From: Casimicrobiaceae bacterium
Lineage (GTDB): Bacteria > Pseudomonadota > Gammaproteobacteria > Burkholderiales > Casimicrobiaceae
NCBI GenBank assembly: GCA_044223185.1
Contig: JBGAMF010000007.1
Location: 686 to 64,685 of the forward strand
Length of the DNA: 64,000 nt
Reading direction: 5' to 3'
The notes beneath the pieces are model-generated. The model did not search any database. It was not told the origin of the DNA and saw only the letters and a list, made by a program, of their open reading frames with translations. Positions 1-10,217 of the stretch are shown piece after piece (within the stretch, counting starts at the first letter, position 1; every line of letters starts with the position of its first letter). Made by a program: the position numbers and the translations under genes.

Positions 1-520
1 GCGCCGCCGCCCGCGTGATGCTGCGGACGGCGACTCGTGACAGCACCACCTTAGCAAGGCTCCGGCGCGGTTGCAAGCGAATTTGGCGCGGCGCACACAA
101 GAAATTCCTTTGGCTAATCAATTGGTTAAAAATGTTTTCCGCAAGGCGGAAAAATCGACGCCTGGAATGGCTTCCGATGTGCTGCGCAGCATTTATATCT
201 TATATAAGAGTTGAGCGACGTTGCTTGAGTTTGCATCGACAAGCCCTTGATCCGACAGGCGCCAATCCTGCACAGGCGCCACCCGAAGTGCCGTCACGGA
301 CTTCCGCCTGTCGGAATGTGATTCCAACCGAACGTGGAGGCCGTCATCGCCGCGGTTGCACGAATGCCACAGCCCGCGCCCGCGGCAGCGCCAGCGAACG
401 GTCCCGCCGTGTCGAATGCACCCGTCGGCAAGCCAACGTTCGCGTAACGGGTTTATGATTCCAATCAGAGCGCGAAGCGCGCCATCGCGGATCTTTCGTT
501 CAATTCTGGAGGGAACCACC

Positions 521-829
521 GTGCGAATGCCTGCAGTCGTCACGCCCGCGCTCCTCGCGCTGGTCGCCGCCGCCGCCGCGGCACAAGCCCCCGATCCCAA
601 TCTCGCGCGCAACCTTTCCGCCGCCTGCGCGAACTGCCACGGCACCAACGGCGTGAGCCAGGGCGGGACCATCTCGCTCGCGGGACAGCCCAAGGCGACG
701 CTGGTGCGCAAGATGCAGGACTACAAGGCGGGCCGCACGCCGTCGACGATCATGCAGCAGCTCGCCAAGGGCTACACCGACGAGCAGATCGAACTCATGG
801 CCGGCTGGTTCGCGGCGCAGAAGCCTTGA
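521..829 (+). CDS. fccA: Monoheme cytochrome c subunit of flavocytochrome c sulfide dehydrogenase
   Basis: GGAGG SD before GTG 521; signal peptide; one CANCH heme motif; directly upstream of the fccB-like gene. Confidence 0.85.
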   Translation: MRMPAVVTPALLALVAAAAAAQAPDPNLARNLSAACANCHGTNGVSQGGTISLAGQPKATLVRKMQDYKAGRTPSTIMQQLAKGYTDEQIELMAGWFAAQKP

Positions 830-843
830 AGAGGAGCCGCGAC

Positions 844-2121
844 ATGACCATGCAACGCCGGGATTTCCTGAAAGCGATCGGTGCAGGCGTCTCGACCGCC
901 GCGCTCGCCGCGTGCGCGGGCTCGCCCTCCCGTTCCGGAGCCAGGGTCGTCGTCGTCGGCGCGGGCTACGGCGGCGCCACCTGCGCGAAGTACCTGCGGA
1001 TGTGGAGCAACGGCACCGTCGACGTCACGCTGGTCGAGGCCAACCGCGCATTCGTCTCGTGCCCGCTGTCGAACCTCGTGCTCGGCGGCAGCAAGCAGAT
1101 CGCCGACCTCACGATCGGCTACGACGGCCTCGTCAAGCGCGGCGTGAACGTGATCAACGAGGTCGCGACCGTCGTCGACCCGGTGCGCCAGACGGTGCGC
1201 ATCCGCGACCAGCGGGATCTGCCGTACGACCGGCTGGTGCTCGCGCCCGGCATCGACTTCATGTTCGACCAGGTGGCGGGCCTCGGCAGCCCCGACGCGC
1301 AGGCGAAGGTCCTGCACGCGTGGAAGGCCGGGCCCCAGACGGTTGCGCTGCGCCAGCAGCTCGAGGCGATGCGCGACGGCGGCGTCTACGTGATCTCGAT
1401 CCCGAAGGCGCCGTACCGCTGCCCGCCCGGACCCTACGAGCGCGCCTGCCAGGTCGCGTGGTACTTCAAGCGCGCCAAGCCGCGCAGCAAGGTGCTGATC
1501 CTCGACGGCAACGAGGACGTCCAGTCGAAGAAGGGCCTGTTCATGAAGGCCTGGAACGAGGACTACAAGGGCATCGTCGAGTACCGGCCGAACTACGTGC
1601 TGACCGGCGTGGACGCCGCGACGCTGACCGCGCGGTTCGAGGTGCAGGAGAACGTGAAGGCCGACGTGCTCAACGTGATCCCGCCGCAGCGCGCGAACGA
1701 GATCGCGGCGCAGGCCGGCGTGATCACCGCCAACAACCGCTGGTGCGAGGTCGACTTCCTGTCGTTCGAGTCGGTCAAGGTGCCGAAGGTCCACGTGCTG
1801 GGCGACGCGATCCAGATCGCGCCGGGGATGCCGAAGTCGGGGCACATGGCGAACCAGCACGCGAAGGTGGCGGCGGCCGCGATCCTCAACGCGTTCGCGG
1901 GGCAGTCGCCGAACCCGACGCCTGCGATCAACAACACCTGCTACAGCTTCATCACCGACAAGGACGTCGTGCACGTCTGCTCGGTGCACCAGTACGACGC
2001 GGCGAAGAAGACGCTCCTGACGGTGCCGGGTTCCGGCGGCGTCTCGCCGGCGATGTCGGCGATGGAGGGCGAGTTCGCATTCGCGTGGGCCAAGAACATC
2101 TGGGCGGACACGCTGATGTGA
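844..2121 (+). CDS. fccB: Flavocytochrome c sulfide dehydrogenase flavoprotein subunit (FccB/SoxF family)
   Basis: Tat motif QRRDFLK; GAGYGG FAD motif; CPLSN, CPPGPYERA and NTCYS conserved Cys motifs. Confidence 0.92.
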   Translation: MTMQRRDFLKAIGAGVSTAALAACAGSPSRSGARVVVVGAGYGGATCAKYLRMWSNGTVDVTLVEANRAFVSCPLSNLVLGGSKQIADLTIGYDGLVKRGVNVINEVATVVDPVRQTVRIRDQRDLPYDRLVLAPGIDFMFDQVAGLGSPDAQAKVLHAWKAGPQTVALRQQLEAMRDGGVYVISIPKAPYRCPPGPYERACQVAWYFKRAKPRSKVLILDGNEDVQSKKGLFMKAWNEDYKGIVEYRPNYVLTGVDAATLTARFEVQENVKADVLNVIPPQRANEIAAQAGVITANNRWCEVDFLSFESVKVPKVHVLGDAIQIAPGMPKSGHMANQHAKVAAAAILNAFAGQSPNPTPAINNTCYSFITDKDVVHVCSVHQYDAAKKTLLTVPGSGGVSPAMSAMEGEFAFAWAKNIWADTLM

Positions 2122-2178
2122 CGCGGGTGCGGGACACCGTGCGTCCCGCACCTGCCCTGGAGTCGATCCCGCACGAAC

Positions 2179-2206
2179 GGAAACGGCGCCCGAGGGCGCC
2201 GTTTCC
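2179..2206. terminator. Bidirectional terminator-like hairpin between convergent fccB and clpA
   Basis: ggaaacggcgcc-cgag-ggcgccgtttcc perfect 12-bp stem. Confidence 0.65.
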
Positions 2207-2244
2207 TCTTCCATCGCCGCTGCGCGAGCGGCCGCCGCGCGACG

Positions 2245-4512
2245 CTACGCGACGGGCTCCGCCTCCTTGGGAGCCTCCTCGAACAGCAGCCGCACCTTCT
2301 CGTCGGCGTCGAGGTCGATCGTCACCCTGCCGCCGGCCGTCAGGTGGCCGAACAGCAGCTCGTCGGCGAGCGCCTTGCGGATGGTGTCCTGGATGAGCCG
2401 CGCCATCGGGCGCGCGCCCATCTGCGGATCGAAGCCCTTCTTCGCCAGGAACTCGCGCAGCGCCGGCGTGAACGACGCGTCGACCTTCTTCTCGTGCAGC
2501 TGGTTCTCGAGCTCGAGCAGGAACTTGTCGACGACGCGCAGGATGACGTCGTGGTCGAGCGCGGCGAACGAGATCGTCGCGTCGAGCCGGTTGCGGAACT
2601 CCGGCGTGAACAGCCGCTTGATTTCGGCCATCTCGTCGCCGGCGGCCTTGGTCTGCGTGAAGCCCATCGACGCCTTGGCGAGCTCTCCCGCGCCCGCGTT
2701 GGTCGTCATGATGATGATGACGTTGCGGAAGTCGGCCTTGCGGCCGTTGTTGTCGGTCAGCGTCCCGTGGTCCATCACCTGCAGGAGGATGTTGAAGATG
2801 TCCGGGTGCGCCTTCTCGATCTCGTCCATCAGCACGACGCTGTACGGGTGCTTGGTCACCGCCTCGGTGAGCTGCCCGCCCTGGTCGAAGCCGACGTACC
2901 CCGGCGGCGCGCCGATCAGCCGCGACACCGCGTGGCGCTCCATGTACTCGGACATGTCGAAGCGGATGAGCTCGACGCCCAGGCAGTAGGCGAGCTGGCG
3001 GGCGACCTCGGTCTTGCCCACGCCCGTCGGGCCGCTGAACAGGAAGTTGCCGATCGGCTTGCGCGGGTTGCCGAGGCCCGAGCGGGCCATGCGGATCGCG
3101 GACACCAGCGCGTCGATCGCGCGGTTCTGCCCGAACACGACGTTCTTCAGGTCGCGGTCGAGCGTCTTCAGCGCGTTGCGGTCGTCGGACGTGACGTTCT
3201 TGGCCGGGATGCGCGCGATCTTGGCGACGATCTCCTCGACCTCGGTCTTGCCGATCACCTTCTTCTGCCGGGACTTGGGCAGGATCTTCTGCGCCGCGCC
3301 GGCCTCGTCGATGACGTCGATGGCCTTGTCCGGCAGGTGGCGATCGTTGATGAAGCGGGCGGCGAGCTCCGCCGCGCTGGTCAGCGCCGCCGGCGCGTAC
3401 TTGACGCCGTGGTGCTGCTCGAAGCGGGACTTGAGGCCCTTGAGGATCTCGATCGTCTCGGCGATCGACGGCTCGGGCACGTCGACCTTCTGGAACCGCC
3501 GCGACAGCGCGTGGTCCTTCTCGAAGATCTGGCGGAACTCGTTGTACGTCGTCGCGCCGATGCACTTCAGCGCGCCGGTCGACAGCGCCGGCTTCAACAG
3601 GTTGGACGCGTCGAGCGTGCCGCCGGAGGCGGCGCCGGCGCCGATGATCGTGTGGATCTCGTCGATGAACAGGATCGACTTCGGGCTGTCGGCCAGCTGC
3701 TTCAGGACGGCCTTCAGCCGCTGCTCGAAGTCGCCGCGGTACTTGGTGCCGGCCAGCAGCGCGCCCATGTCGAGCGAGTACACCTGGTACTCGCGCAGCA
3801 GGTCGGGCACGTCGCCCTCGTTGATCCGGCGCGCGAGGCCCTCGGCGATCGCCGTCTTGCCGACGCCGGCCTCGCCGACCAGCAGCGGGTTGTTCTTGCG
3901 GCGCCGGCACAGCACCTGGATGACGCGCTCGAGCTCGTGCGCGCGGCCGATCAGCGGGTCGATCTTCCCGCTGCGCGCGAGCGCGTTGAGGTTCAGCGTG
4001 TAGGCGTCGAGCGCGCCCTGCGACTCGTTGCCGCCCTCGTCGTCGCCCTTCGCCTCCTGCTTCTCCTGCTTCTGCTGCGGCGACTTGGTGATCCCGTGGG
4101 CGATGTAGTTGACGACGTCGAGCCGGGTCACGCCACGCTGGTTCAGGAAGTAGACGGCGTGGGACTCCTTCTCGCCGAAGATCGCGACGAGCACGTTGGC
4201 GCCGGTGACCTCCTTCTTTCCCGACGACTGCACGTGCAGGATCGCGCGCTGGATCACCCGCTGGAAGCCCTGCGTCGGCTGGGTGTCGGCATCCGAGTGC
4301 GGCGCGAGCCGCGGCGTGTGCTCCTGGATGAAGTCCGACAGGACGCCGCGCAGCTCGTCCAGGTCGACGCCGCAGGCCTTCAGGACCTCGGCGGCCGACG
4401 GGTTGTCGAGCATGGCCAGCAGCAGGTGCTCGACCGTGATGAACTCGTGCTGCTTCTGCCTGGCCTCGACAAAGGCCATGTGGAGGGAGACTTCCAGTTC
4501 CTGCGCGATCAT
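2245..4512 (-). CDS. clpA: ATP-dependent Clp protease ATP-binding subunit ClpA
   Basis: Clp N-domain; two AAA+ modules (GEAGVGKT, GPTGVGKT); IGF-type loop; adjacent to clpS. Confidence 0.97.
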   Translation of the reverse strand: MIAQELEVSLHMAFVEARQKQHEFITVEHLLLAMLDNPSAAEVLKACGVDLDELRGVLSDFIQEHTPRLAPHSDADTQPTQGFQRVIQRAILHVQSSGKKEVTGANVLVAIFGEKESHAVYFLNQRGVTRLDVVNYIAHGITKSPQQKQEKQEAKGDDEGGNESQGALDAYTLNLNALARSGKIDPLIGRAHELERVIQVLCRRRKNNPLLVGEAGVGKTAIAEGLARRINEGDVPDLLREYQVYSLDMGALLAGTKYRGDFEQRLKAVLKQLADSPKSILFIDEIHTIIGAGAASGGTLDASNLLKPALSTGALKCIGATTYNEFRQIFEKDHALSRRFQKVDVPEPSIAETIEILKGLKSRFEQHHGVKYAPAALTSAAELAARFINDRHLPDKAIDVIDEAGAAQKILPKSRQKKVIGKTEVEEIVAKIARIPAKNVTSDDRNALKTLDRDLKNVVFGQNRAIDALVSAIRMARSGLGNPRKPIGNFLFSGPTGVGKTEVARQLAYCLGVELIRFDMSEYMERHAVSRLIGAPPGYVGFDQGGQLTEAVTKHPYSVVLMDEIEKAHPDIFNILLQVMDHGTLTDNNGRKADFRNVIIIMTTNAGAGELAKASMGFTQTKAAGDEMAEIKRLFTPEFRNRLDATISFAALDHDVILRVVDKFLLELENQLHEKKVDASFTPALREFLAKKGFDPQMGARPMARLIQDTIRKALADELLFGHLTAGGRVTIDLDADEKVRLLFEEAPKEAEPVA

Positions 4513-4573
4513 CGACCTTCCTTCATCCGGGACGCGCCGCCGGGCAACGCGCCCGGCCGTGCGGCTCTAACGC

Positions 4574-4882
4574 CTACGTCTCCTCCATCGTGCACTGCAG
4601 CGGGTGCTGGTGCTTGCGCGCGATGCCGATCACTTGCTCGACCTTCGCGGACGCCACCTCGCGCGTGTAGGTGCCGCAGACGCCCATGCCCTCGCGGTGG
4701 ACCTGCAGCATCACCTGCGTGGCCTTCTCGCGGCTCATGGCGAATACAGTTTGCAGGACGACGACGACGAAGTCCATCGGTGTGTAGTCGTCGTTCAGCA
4801 ACATGACCTTGTACAGTGGCGGCGGCTTGACCTTGGCCTTCTCGGCCTCGAGGACCGTGCCCTGCTGCTCCCGATTGCTCAT
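4574..4882 (-). CDS. clpS: Clp protease adaptor ClpS
   Basis: [20 protein letters not shown] signature; start re-called to ATG 4882. Confidence 0.96.
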   Translation of the reverse strand: MSNREQQGTVLEAEKAKVKPPPLYKVMLLNDDYTPMDFVVVVLQTVFAMSREKATQVMLQVHREGMGVCGTYTREVASAKVEQVIGIARKHQHPLQCTMEET

Positions 4883-5137
4883 GTCCCGCCACGATACTCC
4901 GGATCGATTTGGGGTCAATGTTTGATGATTGCAACAGTTTTTTCAAGGCCGCAGGCCGCCGCCGCCCCCCCGCTTGACGCTCCGGGGGGACGCGCGTAGA
5001 AAGCCCATGTTTGGCGCAACCGCGGTCGGCAGTCCCCGGCGCGCGGCCGGCCCCTCCACGGGAGGCGCCGGCCGGCCCGCGAATCCCCCGGACGCACCCG
5101 CCAGACACCCGTTCAAACACCTAAAGGAACACGCAGT

Positions 5138-5341
5138 ATGGCAACCGGTACCGTCAAGTGGTTCAACGATGCAAAGGGCTTTGGCTTCATCACCCCCGAC
5201 GGCGGTGGCGAAGACCTGTTCGCGCACTTCTCGGCGATCAACATGCAGGGGTTCAAGACGCTCAAGGAAGGCCAGAAGGTCTCGTTCGACGTCACGCAGG
5301 GCCCCAAGGGCAAGCAGGCGTCCAACATCCAGGCCGCCTGA
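5138..5341 (+). CDS. cspD: Cold-shock domain protein, CspD-like
   Basis: RNP1 KGFGFI and RNP2 LFAHF; conserved position divergent from clpS. Confidence 0.9.
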   Translation: MATGTVKWFNDAKGFGFITPDGGGEDLFAHFSAINMQGFKTLKEGQKVSFDVTQGPKGKQASNIQAA

Positions 5342-5395
5342 CGCCGCCCCCGCCGCCGACGGCATCCCGAGGGATGCCTTCGCCGCCGCCCTCAC

Positions 5396-5426
5396 AGGCC
5401 CGCTCGAGAGCGGGCCTTCTTGTTTT
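5396..5426 (+). terminator. Rho-independent terminator of cspD
   Basis: aggcccgct-cgag-agcgggcct stem followed by tcttgtttt. Confidence 0.75.
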
Positions 5427-5456
5427 CAGGAATCAGGATTCGGGGATCAGGGATCG

Positions 5457-5491
5457 GAAAAAGCAAAAGGCCCACCAGCAGGCAGGCCTTT
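5457..5491 (-). terminator. Rho-independent terminator of icd
   Basis: minus strand aaaggcc...ggcctttt followed by gcttttt. Confidence 0.65.
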
Positions 5492-5533
5492 CGCAGCAAG
5501 AGCCGACGAACGGTCGGCGACGCCCGTCGCTTC

Positions 5534-6793
5534 CTACATGCGCTCGATCATCGCCTGGCCGAAGCCCGAGCACGAGACCTGCTTCGCGCCGTCCATCAGG
5601 CGCGCGAAGTCGTACGTCACGACCTTGTCGGCGATGGACTTCTCGAGGCTCGACACGATGAGCGCCGCCGCCTCCTTCCAGCCCATGTGGATCAGCATCA
5701 TTTCGGCCGAGAGGATCTCGGAGCCGGGATTGACGTAGTCCTTGCCCGCGTACTTGGGCGCGGTCCCGTGCGTCGCCTCGAACATCGCGACGGAGTCGGA
5801 CAGGTTGGCCCCCGGGGCGATGCCGATGCCGCCCACCTCGGCGGCCAGCGCGTCGCTGATGTAGTCGCCGTTCAGGTTGAGCGTGGCGATCACGCTGTAC
5901 TCGGCCGGGCGCAGCAGGATCTGCTGCAGGAACGCGTCGGCGATCACGTCCTTGACCACGATGTCCCCGCCGGTCTTCGGGTTCCGGATCGTCATCCACG
6001 GGCCGCCGTCGAGCGGCTTGGCGCCGAACTCGCGCTGGGCGAGCGCGTAGCCCCAGTCGCGGAACGCGCCCTCCGTGTACTTCATGATGTTGCCCTTGTG
6101 CACCAGCGTGACCGACGGCTTGTCGTTGTCGATCGCATACTGGATGGCCTTGCGGACGAGCCGGTCGGTGCCCTCGCTCGACACCGGCTTGATGCCGATG
6201 CCCGAAGTGGCCGGGAAGCGGATCTTCTTGACGCCCATTTCCTTGACGAGGAATTCGATCACCTTCTTCGCCTGCGGCGAGTCGGCGGCCCACTCGATGC
6301 CGGCGTAGATGTCCTCCGAGTTCTCGCGGAAGATCACCATGTCGACCTTTTCCGGCGCCTTGACCGGCGAGGGCACGCCCTGGAACCAGCGCACCGGGCG
6401 CAGGCAGACGTAGAGGTCGAGTTCCTGGCGAAGCGCGACGTTGAGCGACCGGATGCCGCCGCCGACCGGCGTGGTCAGCGGGCCCTTGATCGACACGACG
6501 TAGTCCTTGAGGATGGCGAGCGTCTCCTCCGGCAGCCAGACGTCGGGGCCGTAGATCTTGGTCGACTTCTCGCCGGCGTAGATTTCCATCCAGGCGATCC
6601 TGCGCTTGCCGCCGTAGGCCTTCGCGACCGCCGCGTCGACGACCTTGATCATCACCGGCGTGATGTCGAACCCCGTGCCGTCACCCTCGATGTACGGAAT
6701 GATCGGGTTGTCCGGGACGTTGATGCTGTAGTCGGGGTTGACGGTGATCTTGGCGCCGCTCGCGGGCACCTTGACGTGTTGGTAGCTGGGCAT
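5534..6793 (-). CDS. icd: NADP-dependent isocitrate dehydrogenase
   Basis: [38 protein letters not shown] motifs; start re-called to ATG 6793. Confidence 0.97.
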   Translation of the reverse strand: MPSYQHVKVPASGAKITVNPDYSINVPDNPIIPYIEGDGTGFDITPVMIKVVDAAVAKAYGGKRRIAWMEIYAGEKSTKIYGPDVWLPEETLAILKDYVVSIKGPLTTPVGGGIRSLNVALRQELDLYVCLRPVRWFQGVPSPVKAPEKVDMVIFRENSEDIYAGIEWAADSPQAKKVIEFLVKEMGVKKIRFPATSGIGIKPVSSEGTDRLVRKAIQYAIDNDKPSVTLVHKGNIMKYTEGAFRDWGYALAQREFGAKPLDGGPWMTIRNPKTGGDIVVKDVIADAFLQQILLRPAEYSVIATLNLNGDYISDALAAEVGGIGIAPGANLSDSVAMFEATHGTAPKYAGKDYVNPGSEILSAEMMLIHMGWKEAAALIVSSLEKSIADKVVTYDFARLMDGAKQVSCSGFGQAMIERM

Positions 6794-6945
6794 GGATGCT
6801 CCTCTTGGGGGCGGGCGTCGGGAAGCCGGACGGCGCGCGCGGCGCAAGCCGCACGGCCGACGGAGGCTGGAATTCGGAAAACTCTTGATTATCCTCGAAC
6901 TTGACCTTTCCCGCCACGCGGCCGGGCACCGGAAATGCACGGTCC

Positions 6946-7479
6946 GTGATCCTGCTCAACAAGCCCTACGGCGTGCTCTGCCAGTTCACGGCCGCGGACG
7001 GCCGGCCGACGCTCGCCGACCACGTCGACGTGCCCGGCGTCTATCCGGCGGGCCGGCTCGACGCCGACAGCGAGGGCCTAGTCGTGCTGACCGCCGATGG
7101 CCGGCAGCAGGCGCGGATCGCCGACCCGCGCCACAAGCTGCCCAAGACCTACTGGGTGCAGGTGGAGGGCACGCCCGGCGCCGAGGCGCTGCAGGCCCTG
7201 GCCCGCGGCGTCGTGCTCGCCGACGGACCGACGCTGCCGGCACGGGCCCGCGTGCTGCCCGCGCCGGCCGTCTGGCCCCGCGATCCCCCGATCCGCGTAC
7301 GCCGGGCCATCCCCACCGCATGGCTCGAACTCACGCTGCGCGAAGGCCGCAACCGGCAGGTGCGGCGGATGACCGCCGCGGTCGGCCTGCCGACGCTGCG
7401 CCTCATCCGCTGGGCAATCGGCCCGTGGTCGCTGGCGGGGCTCGCCCCCGGCCAGTGGCGGGAGGCCGCCGTGCTATGA
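6946..7479 (+). CDS. rluE: rRNA pseudouridine synthase, RluE-like
   Basis: [19 protein letters not shown] and [10 protein letters not shown] motifs; start uncertain (6901 TTG or 6946 GTG). Confidence 0.85.
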   Translation: MILLNKPYGVLCQFTAADGRPTLADHVDVPGVYPAGRLDADSEGLVVLTADGRQQARIADPRHKLPKTYWVQVEGTPGAEALQALARGVVLADGPTLPARARVLPAPAVWPRDPPIRVRRAIPTAWLELTLREGRNRQVRRMTAAVGLPTLRLIRWAIGPWSLAGLAPGQWREAAVL

Positions 7480-7531
7480 TCGCGCGCCTTTCGCGGGGGC
7501 CCCGCCGCGTCCCGCATCGTCACCTCCCGCA

Positions 7532-8896
7532 ATGATCCGCCGCCTGCTCGCCCGCCTGATTCCCGGCCGGTCGGCACACACCCCCCGCGTCTACGGACCG
7601 GCCGACCACCCGGTCCGCAGCGACCAGGTGTCGCGGGGCGCGCGCACGGTCACCGCCAAGCTGCACGAGGCCGGGTTCAAGGCCTTCGTCGTCGGCGGTG
7701 CCGTGCGCGACCTCCTGCTCGGGCTCACGCCGAAGGACTTCGACATCGCGACCGACGCGACGCCCGAGCAGGTGAAGCCGCTGTTCCGGCGTGCCTACGT
7801 GATCGGCCGCCGGTTCCGGCTGGTCCACGTGCACGTCGGCGCGGAGGTGCTCGAGGTGTCGACGTTCCGCGCCGCCCAGACCGGCGACGACGCCACCGAC
7901 GAGCACGGCCGGCTGCTGTCGGACAACGTCTACGGCACGCAGGACGGCGACGCCGCGCGCCGGGACTTCACGATCAACGCGCTGTACTTCGACCCGCAAT
8001 CCGAGGAAATCTGGGACTACGTCGGCGGCGTCACCGACATCCGCGCGCGCCGGCTGAAGCTCATCGGCGCGCCGGTCACGCGCTTCCGCGAGGACCCGGT
8101 GCGGATGCTGCGCGCGGTCCGGCTGGCCGCGAAGGGTGGCCTCGCGATCGACCCGAAGACCGCGGCGCCGATCCCGAAGCTCGCGAGCCTGATCCAGAAC
8201 GTGCCGCCCGCGCGCCTGTTCGACGAGATGCAAAAGCTGCTGCTGTCGGGTCACGCGGCCGAGACGCTGGCGAGCCTGCGCGCGCACGGGCTCTCGCATG
8301 GCCTGCTGCCGCTGCTCGACGTGATCCTCGAGCAGCCGCTGGGCACGAAATTCATCGAGGTCGCGCTCGCCGGCACCGACGCCCGCGTGCGCGACGGCCG
8401 GCCGGTGTCGCCGGCGTTCCTGTTCGCCACGCTGCTCTGGCACGAGGTGCTGCAGCAGTGGAACGCGGCGAAGACGCGCGGCGAGAAGCCGCTTCCGGCG
8501 CTCTTCGACGCGATGGACCGCGTGCTCGGGACGCAGGCCGAGCGCATCGCGATCCCGCGCCGGTTCGAGGCGACCATCAAGGAAATCTGGGCGCTGCAGC
8601 CGCGCTTCGAGCAGCGGGCAGGGTCGCGTCCGTTCCGCCTGATGGAGCACGAGCGCTTCCGCGCCGCGTACGACTTCCTCGCGCTGCGCGCCGAGTCGGG
8701 CGAGGTCCCGCCGGACCTCGTCGACTGGTGGACGCGCTTCCAGGACGCCGGCGACGCCGAGCGCGCGGACATGCTGCGGCCCGACGAGGCGCCGAAGAAG
8801 GGTCGTCGCTCGCGTGGGCGCGGCCGCAAGCGGCGCGCGGACGCACACGGCCAGGACGGCGCGCCGCCCGCGGCCGACCCGCACGAAACCGGCTAG
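7532..8896 (+). CDS. pcnB: Poly(A) polymerase I
   Basis: VGGAVRDLLLG..PKDFDI, IGRRFRLVHV, RRDFTINAL, EDPVRMLRA; pcnB-folK synteny. Confidence 0.96.
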   Translation: MIRRLLARLIPGRSAHTPRVYGPADHPVRSDQVSRGARTVTAKLHEAGFKAFVVGGAVRDLLLGLTPKDFDIATDATPEQVKPLFRRAYVIGRRFRLVHVHVGAEVLEVSTFRAAQTGDDATDEHGRLLSDNVYGTQDGDAARRDFTINALYFDPQSEEIWDYVGGVTDIRARRLKLIGAPVTRFREDPVRMLRAVRLAAKGGLAIDPKTAAPIPKLASLIQNVPPARLFDEMQKLLLSGHAAETLASLRAHGLSHGLLPLLDVILEQPLGTKFIEVALAGTDARVRDGRPVSPAFLFATLLWHEVLQQWNAAKTRGEKPLPALFDAMDRVLGTQAERIAIPRRFEATIKEIWALQPRFEQRAGSRPFRLMEHERFRAAYDFLALRAESGEVPPDLVDWWTRFQDAGDAERADMLRPDEAPKKGRRSRGRGRKRRADAHGQDGAPPAADPHETG

Positions 8897-9068
8897 TGGC
8901 CCGTAACGGGGGAAGCGGGAGTGAGCGCACGCGGTATGACGCGGCCATTCGCGCCGAGGGCGAGGCGCCGTTGCGAAGCAATGGCCGGCCCCCTTGCGAG
9001 CACCGGCACCGAACCCATCGGCGCGAAGAGCAAGGGAGACACTTCCGATTCCCCCGTTACGGGCCACT
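8895..9068. mobile_element. MITE-like 174-bp element with 20-bp perfect terminal inverted repeats
   Basis: agtggcccgtaacgggggaa (8895-8914) is the exact reverse complement of ttcccccgttacgggccact (9049-9068); no coding interior. Confidence 0.6.
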
Positions 9069-9071
9069 GAC

Positions 9072-9571
9072 GTGATCGTTGCGTACGTCGGGCTCGGCAG
9101 CAACCTCGCGCACCCGCGCCGGCAGCTCGCGCGGGCAGTGGCCGCGCTTTCGCGGCTGCCGCGGACGACGGTCGTGATCGTGTCGCCGAACTTCGTCACC
9201 GCGCCGGTCGGCGCCGACGGCGCGCAACCCGACTACGTCAACGCGGTGGCCGCCGTGCGCACGGCGCTCGCGCCGCGCGCGCTCCTCGGGCGGCTGCACG
9301 CCATCGAGCGCCGGCAGCGCCGGCGCCGAGCGGAGGCCCCCGCAACGCGCCGCGGACGCTCGACCTCGATTTGCTACTATTCGGCTCCCGCAGGAGCGCG
9401 CTGCCCGGGCTGGCGGTGCCTCATCCGCGCATGCACGAGCGCGCGTTCGTGCTGGAACCGCTGGGCGCGATCGCCCCGGCGGCGCGGATCCCCGGCCGCG
9501 GGCTTGCCCGCCGCTTCCGGCCCGCGGTCCGCGGCCAGCGCATCGCCCGCACCCGCACGCATCATCTCTAG
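9072..9571 (+). pseudogene. folK: FolK (HPPK) with a one-base frameshift at C5 run 9337-9341; real lesion or assembly error
   Basis: AYVGLGSNL and QPDYVNAV in one frame; [14 protein letters not shown] and [15 protein letters not shown] in another; one added C restores a single ORF. Confidence 0.9.
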
Positions 9572-9572
9572 C

Positions 9573-10217
9573 ATGGATCTCGCGCGCTGCCGCTACATCG
9601 TCGTCGAGGGCCCGATCGGCGCGGGCAAGACGAGCCTCGCCCGCCAGATCGCCGAGCACCTCGACGCCGAGATGCTGCTCGAGCAGCCCGAGGACAACCC
9701 GTTCCTGTCGCGCTTCTACGACGACATGGCGCGCTTCGCGCTGCCCACGCAGCTCACGTTCCTGTTCCAGCGCGCCGACCAGCTGCGCGAGCTGACCCAG
9801 ATCGACATGTTCCGGCAGCCGACGGTCTCGGACTTCCTGCTCGACAAGGACCCGCTGTTCGCGCGGATCAACCTGACGGACGACGAGTACGCGCTGTACG
9901 AGAAGGTCTTCAAGCACTTGAAGCTCCAGACGGCGGTGCCGGACCTCGTCATCTACCTGCAGGCGCCCGTGGACACGCTGGTGTCGCGCGTGCGGCTGCG
10001 CGGCATCCCGTTCGAGCAGGCGATCCCGGACGACTACCTCGCGCGGATCGCCGACGCCTACGCGCGGTTCTTCTACCAGTACGACGAGGCGCCGACGCTC
10101 ATCATCAACAGCGAGCGGCTCAACTTCGTCGACAATCCCGCGCACATGAAGATGCTGCTGGACCGCGTGGCAGGCATGCGCGCGCGGCGGGAATTCTTCA
10201 ACCTGGGACAGGGGTGA
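9573..10217 (+). CDS. Deoxynucleoside kinase family protein
   Basis: [16 protein letters not shown]-loop; [21 protein letters not shown] 9573 two bases after the folK TAG. Confidence 0.92.
   Translation: MDLARCRYIVVEGPIGAGKTSLARQIAEHLDAEMLLEQPEDNPFLSRFYDDMARFALPTQLTFLFQRADQLRELTQIDMFRQPTVSDFLLDKDPLFARINLTDDEYALYEKVFKHLKLQTAVPDLVIYLQAPVDTLVSRVRLRGIPFEQAIPDDYLARIADAYARFFYQYDEAPTLIINSERLNFVDNPAHMKMLLDRVAGMRARREFFNLGQG

Noticed and set aside
15-520. ORFs 15-458, 193-711 and the long N-terminal extension of 356-829
   Set aside because: No motifs, atypical codon use; the SD and signal peptide place the fccA start at 521
2344-4806. 820-aa plus-strand ORF and similar long Arg/Ala/Gly-rich ORFs throughout
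   Set aside because: Antisense or alternate frames of well-supported genes; stop-codon scarcity at high GC; no motifs
8994-10217. FolK-deoxynucleoside kinase fusion as a novel bifunctional enzyme
   Set aside because: The FolK catalytic C-half is in another frame with its own stop, and dNK has its own ATG; the fusion results from a one-base indel
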